A program made the translations under genes and the position numbers. From NCBI GenBank assembly GCA_043228905.1, contig JBHGNT010000002.1, positions 18,414,001 through 18,478,000 on the forward strand: a DNA stretch of 64,000 bases, read 5' to 3'. This document shows, piece by piece, positions 51,937 to 64,000 of the stretch. Under the pieces are notes generated by a model that was given only the letters and a program-made list of their open reading frames with translations, was not told the origin of the DNA and did not search any database. Position 1 is the first letter of the stretch; the number at the start of each line of letters is the position of its first letter. The stretch is from Azolla caroliniana. Lineage: Eukaryota > Plantae > Polypodiophyta.

Positions 51937-54200
51937 TTCTCAACGAGTAATATCACCTCCAGCTACCTTGAGGGGAGTAGTCCTGGAGCCGGCAAAGACA
52001 CTACGAATCAAGCTAAAGTAAAAGAACTCAACACAAGCACGACCGACAACCGACAACCACCAGGAGACTGCATGGGTCAAAGAAACCACATAAGAAGAAG
52101 AGTAGCCCTTGCAGAGATGCAAGAGAATGTGTCTCGAAGAACGGGCAAGTGACGGATCGAGTCCAAGAGAGGACAAAATGCCGAATTTTACAGAGGCAAT
52201 GGTGTTGTAGAGGCCATTCGAATGAACGGAGAAAAGGAGTTTCAACGCGGAAGCACCATCGCAACCTGAAAAGGAACCGGAAAAGCATATCGAACCGAAA
52301 CAACCAAGTCTGCCGGAGAACGAGGGAGCAAGCCAATTGGTTGACTTCACGAAGGGATGGTCTCTAAGCCAAAGCGACAGGGAGAATGTGCCAGAATAAG
52401 CCAGGGGGTTAGGTTTGGATATGTCGGAAGTTGTGCACATGTTCGTGGCTATCACACAATTCGGAACCTGCCAATAGTTAGTCGAATGGCTGGGGGCGCA
52501 GGTCACCATAACGGCAACGTGAATGGCAGAAGAGTGAAGGGAATGGTTCAACACAACCATAGATATAGATAAGACGGACAAGATGGCCATGCAATTGAAG
52601 GAGGCCAAGGGTCGGATTGAAGAACTAGAGGAGGATCTGAGGTGTGCCAATGACTTATCGCTGTATAGCTTGAAAGAGGACACCAATCCTGGATATCTGA
52701 GAGCTAGGTTCAAGAGCGGAGAGAAGTACCTATTCCAGATATTGAATCGGAAAAAGAAAATCTAGCCGGACGGTTAGAAGAGGCGGAGAAGGAAATAGCA
52801 CGCTTGAAAGAAGACATAGCCGCGCAAGCATCAGTGGTTGAAAAAGAAAAATAGTTGTGGTGAGTAGCCAAAGAAGAGAAACGGTAGACGGAGGAGGGAA
52901 TCCGTACAGTCCAAGGAAGCATGGATTGGCTGAAGGAGGGAAAGGAGGCAATGCATCAGGAAAAAGAGAAGATCAAAAGAATGGCCGAAACAAAAATTGA
53001 AAGGCTTCAAGAGGAGCTTCGGTAATAGAAGGAACGAGATGACTGGTTGAGTGCACAGATCAACCAACGATTAAAGGATAAGCATGCACATTTCGAGAAT
53101 CTATATCGAGATCACAAGGAGCTGGAGAAGGTGTTTGACCGTCAACAAGAGAAGCTCAAAGAGGCACGAGCGGAAATAAAGGAGAAGAACGAATCCCTGA
53201 CGGAGCAAGAAAAGTTCTTTTAGGAAATGAAGGAGAAGATGAGAGAAGAGGCACGGAAGGAGAAAGCTAGGTGTTGTTGGAAGACCGAAACCGGATGTTG
53301 GAACGATCCTAAGAAGTGTTGACAAAGGTACATACCACTTATCAAACTTAGGTGACAACGTATGAGGTCCAAGCAACAACATCACAATAGATCAAGCGCC
53401 TAAAATGGGAAAAGCAAGCCATTGAAGAGATGACAGAGATGGGGATAAAACGAATACAGATAATTGTAGACAACCGGAGGCAATGGATGAAAGAGAAACT
53501 TGAGGAATGTTCGGCTGCAATATGGAAGGATGGTCAAGGCAAGTAGTTTATTTAACTACAAGTATTCTGTGCCGATATGTTGAACAGGACAAAAACTAGA
53601 GATCGTTTTTAATAGATGGATTAAGAAAGCATCATCACAATCAGTGAGGAGTTATCCGAAGAATTTCAGGCTATGGCTCAAGTTCGAACTGATGAAATAC
53701 GGAAAATCTTGGAAGATTTTGAGGATGATCAACTGCAGTTAACATTGGTGTTTGAAGTTTACGTGCGGGGGTGAGTTTAGTTGACAGAACAACAGATTAG
53801 GGACAACCAAGCCAAATGGATAAATCTTAGTGATGAATAACGACGAGAGGAGAAGCCGGAATAGACACGCACATAGGAGGAGCAGGTGGAGAACCGTCTG
53901 GAGTAGTTGGTGGAGCAAGAGACATGGCAAGGAAGGGCTGAAGATGAGGAACTGCCACGAACAACATGAGATGAACAATTGCTTGGTGGAAGTCCTCTGC
54001 AGCAACAGGCGGAAACACAACAAGAAAGGGCAAAGGACATGCAACCGAGTATTCAGGAAATTTTGGAGGAGAGCTAAAGGCATGTTGGTTTGATGTGCAA
54101 GGCACATTCCCATGGGCATGCCAAACGTTGCCCATAGAAGTGGAGCCGAAGGAGTAGGGACCTGGAAGACAAGAGTCCGGAAAGAATGTGAAACTGGATC
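51937..54200 (+). pseudogene. Decayed E/K/R-rich coiled-coil ORF, probably retroelement-derived; continues from 45870-46251
   Basis: Purine-rich + strand with fragments such as QLKEAKGRIEELEEDL and RLEEAEKEIARLKED; many stops; no family recognised. Confidence 0.4.
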
Positions 54201-54239
54201 ATTAGGATGGTTAGGATAATTCAGAATATTAGTAGATAC

Positions 54240-57194
54240 TATCGTGACTTCAGAGTAAGAGAGAGAAAGATAAAATGGTGATGATAGAAGGTATAGGAAG
54301 AGAGAGAGAGAGAGAGAACACTAGAAATGGAAAAGAGTTTATATTATAACAAAACAAAGGTTACAAAGAGTAGGTTAAGGGGCTAAAGACTGGTGTTGAA
54401 CCAAATGAGTTGTGATGAATGAATAAACATCTATTTATAGGTCCTTATGGAGTATTCTAGAACGTTCTAGAATATTTATGATATTTATGATAATCATGGA
54501 ATATTCTAGAATGCTCTAGAATACTCTCAATATCTTGTAATAACTAATAATATAATTATTATGATTGTACATCATATATGTTATTATAATGGTTGAAGGT
54601 TTAACAAATAGAACAAGACGTTGTGGGTTCAAATCCTTGTGAGCCAAAATGTATGTCTTCATGACATTATCACCCCTTTTTGATGACGCGTTCCACGAGT
54701 CGAAAGACAAGATTTCAGACTTGGTTTATGGGGATATTTGTTGTGAAATGCAATAACCATGTCAGAAGCATTAACAAGATTCTCGGTAGGTTCCCATGTT
54801 CCATCATTAGGTGTATAACCTAACCAGTCAACTAAATAATACAGTTTGTTGCGGACAATCTTGGAGTCGAGAATGGTAGAAACTTCATATTCAGAGCCAT
54901 CAGAAACTTCAACTGGAGGTGGGGGAGATGTAAGAAGACCTAGAATGGAGTTGGTTTAGGGTTTAGCATGAAGATGCATATGAGGAGGAAGTTCAATGCG
55001 AAATGCTACATCATTGATCTTACCAGATATCACATATAGGCCAAAACGTTGATAATCCAGTTTGCAACAAGGTCTGGTGGTAATGCTACCTTGTAAAAGC
55101 CATACTCGATCTCCCACTTGAAATGTAGTCGATAAATCACGTCAATGATGGCCGACAACCTTCTTTTGAGTGTTTTGAGCATCACATAAATGGTGCGGAA
55201 GGATATCTCGAATTTCTTGGAGTTGGGTGAGCTGATCTTTAGCAACCGGATTTGTCGAGAGCTCAAGATGTTCAAGCATTGTCCAATGAGAATGGTACCC
55301 AATGTTCGCAAATAATGGGGAATATCCAGTAGAAGTATGTTCTGAGTTGTTGTAAGAAAATTCCGCCAAATGTAATAGATCAATCTAATCATCTTGTTGA
55401 TAGTTAACAAAACATCAAAGATATTGTTCTATTGTTTGATTGGTGTGCTCACTCTGCCCATTAGTTTCTGGATGGTAGCCGGAAGAGAGTTTGTAACAAG
55501 TATGTAAGAGTTTGAACATGTGCCGCCAAAATTTTGAGATGAATTGGGGACCCTCATCACTGATAATATCATCAGGAAGAGCATGATGCTGAAACACCTC
55601 TCACATGAGTAACTCGACTGTCTCTTGGCTAGTAATGTTCTTCGTGCATGGAATAAAATGCGCCATCTTCGTAAAATGATCTACTACCATGAGAATAGAA
55701 TCAAAACCCCTGGAAGGTGGTAGATCCGTAATGAAGTCCAATGAAATAGATTTCCATGGACTCTCAAGAATATGCATTGGCTGTAATAAGCCATATGGAT
55801 GATGTCGAGGTTTTTTTGGATCGGCAACATGTATCACAACTACGAACATAATATGTAACAAAATGGCAAAGTCATGGCCACCAATATCTTCGAGAAATTA
55901 ATGTGAAAGTCTTGTGGAAGCTGAAAGGTCCAACCATTGGTGTGGCATGACATTGTTGCATGACTTGGAGTTGAGAAGGATCGTCAGGCACATACAATAG
56001 ATTTTGCCGAAAAAGTAAACCATCATGCCAACTGAACTAGTTCTAGTCTTGACGAGGATTTTGAGATTGTGAACAAGAAGCACGATCTAGGAATATATGG
56101 TTCAAAATGTATTGGGCTAATTCATCAGTCTCAATATGCTCCTGAATGGAATCAAGAAGATTTGAATCTCCGGGTGTGTGTATAGCATGAAATGCCATTA
56201 CTCGTAGACGGTCAAGACCCAAGAGGATTTGCTTCTGACTTTCAAATGCGGCCTCTCCTGGTTGAAGTTCCATATATGAACGCCGAGATAAAGCATCTGC
56301 TTTTCCTTATTGCATCCCAAGGTGATATAGAGTTACGAAATCAAAACAAGTTAAGAACTACGCCCAACGAGCTTGTCGACGAATCAAGACTCGAGCACTT
56401 TGGAAGTATGCTAGATTTTTGTGATCATTGTAGACAATGATTTTTTGAGAAGAACACTCCAAAAAATGACGCCATTGTTGAAAAGAATCCACAATGGCAA
56501 GAAGCGCTTTGTCGTGAATCTCATTTTTTATTTCCACAGCTTCAACTTTTCGTGAGTGCAAAGCCACAGGGTGCAGTTGGCCATCATTGCCAATCTGGGA
56601 TAGTACACTTCCTAGTGCGAAGTTGGATGCATCAACGTCGAGTATAAAGCGCTTCATTGGATCAACATGCATCAAAATTTGTGCGGATGTAAATGCTTGC
56701 TTTAAACCTTGAAATGCAGAGTTTGCATTTGTACTCCATACAAATGGTCAATTCTTTTGTGTTATTTGAGTGAGGGGCAATACAATAATTGAATAATCTT
56801 TGATGAACTTGCGATAAAATTTTGCGAACCCCAAAAAACACTGTACATCTCGCACAGACTGTGATGGTTGCCAATCCAAAACTGTTTCAACATTTGGTAG
56901 ATCCATAGAGATGCAATGTGAAGAGACTATGTACCCCAAAAATTCCACTTGATGCTGGTCGAAACTACACTTCTCCAATTTTGCATAGAGACCATATTCA
57001 CGCAACTGTTGCAAAGCTTGTCAAATGTGTATATCATGCTCCTCCTAAGTTTTTGAGTAGATCAAGATATCATCCAGGTAAACTATGACGAAAATATTGA
57101 GGAAATCTCGAAAAATGTCATTCGCCATATGTTGGAAATCTATTGGTGCATTCGTGAGACCAAATGGCATTAGTGTATACTCAAAATGGCCATA
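54240..57194 (-). mobile_element. Decayed chromovirus (RT to chromodomain) and 3' LTR (54240-54666), cut by the insertion at 57195
   Basis: [37 protein letters not shown] and [13 protein letters not shown]; close relative of 38125-41456; PPT at 54667-54680. Confidence 0.9.
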
Positions 57195-57530
57195 GGGTCG
57201 AGGCAAGCTACGGTGTACCAAAAAAGTAATGTTTTTGGCTAAGTAATTATAGAAATTTTTTAAAAAAATCGGAAAAAAATAAAATCTTTTCAGGGAGTGG
57301 GGTGGGGGTAGTACACGTTGCATTAAAGTCACGGAATGGGGGGGAAACAGTTGTTGTGTATTCAGGGCTGTTTTGGGGGCGATTTCCCCCTCACGTTTAA
57401 TTTAGGATGCCACATTAAATGATTTTGGCGCTTCTTCCTCACATCTCCTCTTCCTCCTTCCATCCGAGCTTGTCTAAGATTCGAAATGTCTGCATCTCAG
57501 GTTTTGTTGTCCCCATCGTTTTGCTGCTTT

Positions 57531-57920
57531 CTACGTCACTCGTCTTCCCCATCTTTTCCTTCCCTCGATATGTCTTCTCCATCTTCTCCTTCACTCGATA
57601 TGTTTCTTACATTTCTAAACAGTGGCTTTAGTCTTGATTAGAGTTATGGTTTATGGCGTAGGTTATTTCAGAACTACTTTTAGATTTTAATATTTATAGT
57701 TTATCCTTTCTGCGTCACTAGTCTACTTTTAGAACTACTTTCTGCGTCACTCGTCTTCCCCATCTTTTCCTTCCCTCGATATGTCTTCTCCATCTTCTCC
57801 TTCACTCGATATGTTTCTTACATTTCTAAACAGTGGCTTTAGTCTTGATTAGAGTTATGGTTTATGGCGTAGGTTATTTCAGAACTACTTTTAGATTTTA
57901 ATATTTATAGTTTATCCTTT
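57531..57920. repeat. About 180-bp direct duplication (period about 211 bp)
   Basis: CGTCACTCGTCTTCCCC...TTTATCCTTT occurs twice, nearly identical. Confidence 0.85.
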
Positions 57921-58380
57921 CAAATGCAAAATTTAAGATTAATTTATGCTGAACATATTTGTGTATATTCTTCATCATCATCATGATTATTATTGTCATT
58001 ATCATCTCCATCTACTTCTTCATCATTGGGTGAAAGCATGCGAGTGGAAACAATTAGCTATGTCCTTGACATAGCTAATTAGCTATGCAAAAAGCTACCA
58101 TTCATAAATAGTCATTTTAGTAAAAAGCCATCATTAATAAATTAACTATGCAAAAAACTACCATTGAAAATACTAGAGTGTTTTAACTACATATGTAAAT
58201 GAGTGCCATAAATGTGCAACATAAATTGATATGTGCACCATAAATGTGTACCATAAATTATATATCGAATTCCTAGGTCCATTATGCATGATCCTTTGCC
58301 ACATCACGTAGGCCATCTCTAGTTGAGTATTGTGGGTTATTTGCTACCATTGTTGCTAAACCCTATCGAGTCCACCTGCC

Positions 58381-59160
58381 GCCACTCTACACTCAGGGGC
58401 TGCTACTGTGTGTTCCAAGCATCATCAAAGAGCTGCTCAATCTGACGGTGTTCTCTTCTCTGTGCCACTCTACACTCAGGGGACGCTACTATGCGTTCCA
58501 AGCATCATCAAAGAGCTTCTCAATCTGACGGGGTTCTCTTCTTTGTGCCACTCTACACTGAAGGGCCACTACTGTGCGTTCCAAGCATCATCAAAGAGCT
58601 GCTCAATCTGACGGGGTTCTCTTCTCTGTGCCACTCTACACTGAGGGGCCACTACTGTGCGTTCCAAGCATCATCAAAGAGCTGTTCAATCTGACGGGGT
58701 TCTCTTCTCTGTGCCACTCTACACTCAGGGGCCGCTACTATGCGTTCCAAGCATCATCAAAGAGTTGTTCAATCTGACGGGGTTCTCTTCTCTATGCCAC
58801 TCTACACTGAGGGGCCGCTACTGTGCGTTCCAAGCATCATCAAAGAGGTGTTCAATCTGACAGGGTTCTCTTCTCTTTGCCACTCTACACTCAGGGGCCG
58901 CTACTGTGCATTCCAAGCATCATCAAAGAGCTATTCAATCTGACGGGGTTCTCTTCTCTGTGCCACTCTACACTCAGGGGCCGCTACTGTGCGTTCCAAG
59001 CATCATCGGTAATTGTTCAATCTGACGGGGTTCTCTTCTCTGTGCCACTCTACTCTCAGGTGCCTTCTCTGTGCGTTCCAAGCATGATCGGTAACTGTTC
59101 AATCTGACGGGGTTCTCTCCACCATTGCCATCATTCTACACTTAGTTGCCGCTACTGTCC
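58381..59160. repeat. 83-bp tandem minisatellite, about 9 copies, decaying rightwards
   Basis: Unit GCCACTCTACACTCAGGGGCCGCTACTGTGCGTTCCAAGCATCATCAAAGAGCTGTTCAATCTGACGGGGTTCTCTTCTCTGT; ORF starts are offset by exactly 83. Confidence 0.95.
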
Positions 59161-59451
59161 AGTCCTGGATTGCTTCCACATTTCGATTTGACGGAGTTCA
59201 CTCATCCAACGACAACATTCTACACTCAGTTGTCGCCATTGGTCGGTCCTGGATCGCCTCCTCAACTGTTCGATCCAACGGAGTGAACTCCTCTACTGTT
59301 CGGTCTTGGATTGCAATAACTTTTCTGTCTATTGATTATCTTGTGTATTGTTGTGTCTAATCTTGTGTATTGTGAAATATTTTTGTGTATTGTTGTTGCC
59401 CATAGCCATCTTAAATACTTGTTTTTTTTTCTAGAAATTTAGGGTTTTAAT

Positions 59452-62400
59452 ATGTCCAGCCAAATGGAAGGGGAAGAAGGGTGTTTAGAATTACCCCTCA
59501 ATGATCATAAGGATAGGGATGATGCTATCAGGACACAACAAGCCATACGAAACTATTGGGCAGAAAAAAGAAGGAAACATCGTCAATTGTTGAAGGATAC
59601 GAAAGCCACACTCAATAAAGGTAAGGATAGTTTAGCTGAGAATGTAAGATATGCGACTACCATCATAGAGAGAAAGGTTGTAGACTATTTCAATGTTCAA
59701 ACCAAGCACATTAGCAATGAAGAAAAGAAGGTAGTACTTTATGGAATATGTAATGATCCATCGATAAAGGACTTAGTTGATTGTGATGGTCTTAATGCAA
59801 ACATATCATCTATTTTAGTAAATAATCTTCGTAATAGTTTCGTATCCATGAGTAGGTTAGAAGATGATCTTGTCTTAAAAAGTTCTAGTCTAATGATGTT
59901 ACTTAATAGTGATGTTGACGATATAAACATCAGTGACCTATCTAAGGTAATTGGTGTTAGTAGAAAAACAGTGTACAATACAATGAACCATATAATTTCC
60001 TCGGGTGAAGGAACTAGTCTACTAGCTACTACAAGATGTAAGCCAATGACACCCATAACATTTGAAATCAAGGATGTAATCACAATGTTTTGGACTAATG
60101 AGAGTAGGGTTTCACCCAATAAAAAGGATTTATGCAGGAAACGTGTTGGAAGAAATCAATACGAGGAGCATCCCATTCATCTTCTTGATGTACCTCAGGT
60201 ATTTACATTTATCTCAACATTTGTTTTGACTCTACACGGAAAGTTAATTAGCTCAATTAGCAGAAAAGCTAATTAGCTTATCAGTTACATTTACCTCAGT
60301 TAGCTACTAGGATAGCTACTACTTCGGTAACTGGCTACTCTCAATAGCTACTACCATGATAGCTAATTAGCTATTCTCAATAGCTAATTTAGGTACTACC
60401 AGATAATTAGTTGTCCTGGTAGCTAGTTAGCTATTTCGTTATTAACAACTAATTCGCTACTAGGAAAGCTAATTAGCTTACTAGGATAGTTAATTAGCCA
60501 CCATGATAGCTAATTAGCTACTAGACCAGGTAATTAGCTACCATGATAGCTAATTAGTTACTAGGAAAGCTAATTAGCTACCATGATAGCTAATTAGCTA
60601 TTAGGACAACCAATTAGCCACCATGAAACCTAATTAGCTACTAGGCCAGCTAATTAGCTACCATGATAGCTAATTAGTTACTAGGAAAGCTAATTAGCTA
60701 CTATGATAGCTAATTAGCTACTAGGACAGCTAATTAGCTACCATGATAGCTAATTAGCTACTAGGACAGCTAATTAGCTACCATGATAGCTAATTAGCTA
60801 CTAGGACAGCTAATTAGCTACTAGGACAGCTAATTAGCTACTAGGATAGCTAATTAGCTACTAGGACAGCTAATTAGCCACCATGATAGCTAATTAGCTA
60901 CTAGATCAGCTAATTAGCTACCATGATAGCTAATTAGCTACTAGGACAGCTAATTAGCTACCATGATAGCTAATTAGCTACTAGGACAGCTAATTAGCTA
61001 CTAGGACAGCTAATTAGCTACTAGGATAGTTAATTAGCTACCATGATAGCTAATTAGCTACTAGAATAGCTAATAAGCTACTAGGATAGTTATCTAGTTA
61101 CGAGAATAACTAATTCCCCTTTATTACACAGGTCGATTTATTTATTAGGTTCAAACGAATGCATCCAACTATCAAAGTTCCAACTACGAACATTCGAGTC
61201 TCTTAAGCCACACTTTGTGAGACGCTTAAAAGATCGATACACATGTTGTTGCATTTACCATGTACAGATGGGTTTTCTGAAGGACTTTGTTAATCTACTA
61301 CGTCACCATAACGCATCCCTAACTAATACAGTTTGCACATGTGGGTGCCCAATCAGTCGATCAAGCCCGTAAGAGGAGTGTAAATCATCTGAGCACGTTA
61401 TCTCTTCCATGAGTTATTTATTAGATTCAATATTGTGTCCGAGAGAAACTGACGTTATCTTCCATATTCATAAATGTGTCATGGGTTTATGTCAAGATTG
61501 TGGCCCTACTAGATTTAGGTGGTGTCCAAATGAATTGAGTAGTGAAATATTGATCTCTGTGAAGTTCTTTGAGTCAGTGAACACCAATTTCGAAAGAAAG
61601 GTGTGTAAAAGAAAGGATCTAGTTCGGAAGATGCTTAAACCAAGGGATTTGGTGTCTCTGTTTGTAGTATCTCTAGGAAAGTTCATTAAACACAACTTCA
61701 TTTATTCATGGCAGGCCCATCAGTTTAAGACTTGCATATCTGATTTCCCAAATGATGTAGTAGTCTCAGTAGTAGATTTCACAGAGAATTATACTTTCAA
61801 GCAGCAGAATGAAATTCAATCTATGCATTGGTGTTCAGTTCAGGTAACCATTTTTGTGCACATAACATATTTTCGAGTTTCAGGTGATGTTAAAAAAGTA
61901 ATTCATTTCTTTATTTCTGATGATAAGAAGCATGATACCTTGTTCGTCCAACACTGTTTTAAGTTACATTGGCAGTGTTTATTAGGCCAACGTTTGGAGC
62001 TTACTCAACATTAGGTCTGGTCTGACGGAGCTGCGTCACAATTCAAGGCTCGACATCCATTTTATTTTGTGGGGAGGTATCCTGCTATAACAGGTTTGGA
62101 GATGAGATGGAATTTTTTTGGGTCTGGCCATGGTAAAGGTGAACATGATGCTGCAGGGGCTGTTATAAAGCGGGCACTTACCCATGAACAACTAAAGACA
62201 GATGGTGTGCACATGAATTGTGCATCACATGTAGTTGAATTTTTAAGAACAAATATGTCAACGAGTGCAACAGGTGTTTATTCCTCGCAAGTCCGAGATA
62301 TCAAATGTGAATTTTGGGAAGTGAAGATAGATGAAGTAAATAGGGAGAAGACCTGGGAGTGAGTGCCAAGGAATTCCTGAATTGCGATCTTTGCATGTTG

Positions 62401-62979
62401 TTCGCGGTTATTCCAGGTTGGATGGTCATTGTATTGTGGTTAGAGAATTGACTTGTTTTTGCTTCCATTGTGTGTAGGGAAATTGGAGATATTGTCTAAA
62501 CAAAGCATACATTCAGAATTGGGAGTATCACACTCTGAATGATAAGGAAGCATTTGATGGAGAAACAGGGTAGAATGCTGACTTCACATATGAGGGACTT
62601 GGAGATACTTTGAGTGATGTCCTGAACATTGGGGATAACTTCGTTGTAAATGCTGAAGAAGGCAATTCAGAGGGTGCTTGATTTCTATATATTGAAGTGC
62701 ACGGTTAGTAAACAGTGTGCAAGGCAGAATATTGTAGATGCATGGGGAAATTTTGTATCTGCTGGGACATTCTACATCGAAGGCATTTTTTATGCAAAAC
62801 TAGATGACTACGAATATGTGTACAGGCTGTTAGAAGACAAACCAGCGGCGTACATGTACTCTCATTTGGTCAGCTGCATCAACGTCCCAATGTCAGAATA
62901 CAATAGCTGCTCAGGTTTATACACTGTTGGTGCTAATGTGTATGAATGTATTTACAATAGTATGCCATGGAATTTGTAG
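59452..62979 (+). pseudogene. Sola2-like DDD transposase; exon 1 59452-60198, intron 60199-61131, exon 2 from 61132; stops and frameshifts
   Basis: FESLKPHFV...TCCCIYH; VDFTENYTF..QNEIQSMHW; SDDKKHD; WSDGAASQFK; FFGSGHGKGEHDAAG; donor CAG|GTATTT, branch AACTAAT, acceptor ACACAG|GTC. Confidence 0.78.
60270..61095. repeat. 20-bp-period satellite of palindromic TAGCTAATTAGCTA cores inside the transposase intron
   Basis: (GCTAATTAGCTA + CCATGATA or CTAGGACA)n, about 30 clear units. Confidence 0.95.
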
Positions 62980-63327
62980 CTACAAGTAGCAATTACCATG
63001 TTCTCTTGTAAAACAAACATGTATTTTGCGAAAACAATTAAATAAATTCGTTTGAGAATCAATTTCTTGTATACAGTCTGCTTTCTGTGCTTCTTTCTCA
63101 ATAAAATCATGTCTTTTTTGTTAAGTTTTAAGTTATAAGTTAAAGCGAAATAGTCATCAGTAGCTAATTAGTTGTACAAATGCAGCTAATTAGCTGTCAA
63201 TAGCTAAATAGTCATCAATAGCATGAAATCAACAATCTGCAACATATTCCTCAAATTACACAGTAGATAAGTAGAGTGGGAACAAGTAATTAAATTCTTC
63301 ATTGAATAATGTCATCTCTTTACATAT

Positions 63328-63990
63328 TTATAAATTACCATTGGAAATGTCTACAAATCTCCTATAAACAGCTAAGCTCTTGCTAGTGAGTGGAACGAGT
63401 CTACATATATTATCTGCATATCGAGCTCGGTATGGAGTCCACAACCATGCACCTAGTTGGCAGCTCACTGTTTGCACCAGGTACTATTTAGGCATTTCCT
63501 CGGGTAGAATGAGACAGCATCTCCGAATATTGAAGTAGTGCCAGAAATGTTCTGTATCCAAAATCAATGTATTGTCGGCATTATATTCAGGCCAAGTAGC
63601 CCAAAAATCAGAAAGTCTCTTGAATCTTGCAGCTTCCATTTGCTCACAATTTTCTCGTGCCCATTGACTTTTAAAACGACTTCGCCATTTTGGGAAGAAT
63701 CTTGCTAAACACTTCCACACATCTGATTTTGTTTTTTCACTCCAAATTAACAAATCAAAGTATTGCACAACCCACTCTAGAATTTGATTCGCGTCCCTCC
63801 TTGGCTACATATATTTCACACTCATCAAGACTTTATCAAGTTCCAAGATCAAGGCTCTTCTTTCGACTTTTAGTGGTTTAGGTTTCCATTCCTGAAACTG
63901 AGCCGTTGTTACACCATTTTCTGGTAGGACACCATCAATCTCAATCAGCTCAGGTTCGGCCGACACAACTGGCGTCCTTTTCCTCTTCAA
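63328..63990 (-). pseudogene. FCP1/NIF-like HAD-fold phosphatase homolog with two in-frame TAG stops
   Basis: One frame reads RALILELDKVL...*PRRDANQILEWVVQYFDLLIWS...FKRLSDFW...YNADNTLILD; matches the motif order of FCP1-homology domains; 5' end may be outside the window. Confidence 0.55.
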
Positions 63991-64000
63991 ACCCCTAGTC

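Larger units (their letters stand above)
57195..64000 (+). mobile_element. Large Sola2-like DNA transposon, left portion; right end lies beyond the window
   Basis: Abrupt start GGGTCGAGG inside the RT (GRG terminus typical of Sola2); transposase remnant; GCTAATTAGCT motif recurs at about 58075, 60270-61080 and 63160-63200. Confidence 0.7.

Noticed and set aside
58381-59160. CRISPR-like array or repeated small ORFs
   Set aside because: Units are contiguous 83-bp repeats with no unique spacers and no cas genes; the ORFs are by-products of the repeat

Overview
Land-plant nuclear DNA; the repeat content suggests a large-genome non-seed plant such as a fern, but that is inference. There is one host gene, a 3-exon R2R3-MYB on the minus strand (6020-9007). 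The rest is mostly transposable elements: two decayed LINEs, two hAT-type MITEs with TIRs and 8-bp TSDs, several Ty3/gypsy elements (chromovirus and tRNA-Trp-primed types), three Ty1/copia elements (one nearly intact, 46252-51931), a five-level nested LTR cluster (21.3-41.5 kb), and the left part of a large Sola2-like DNA transposon (57195 to the window end). That transposon has an intron-containing transposase, tandem arrays and a convergent FCP1/HAD-like passenger gene. The most striking unexplained signal is that at least four dissimilar gypsy LTR families carry a tRNA-like Pol III A-box/B-box module near the U3 start, always antisense to the element. All calls come from reading the sequence by eye; no searches were run.
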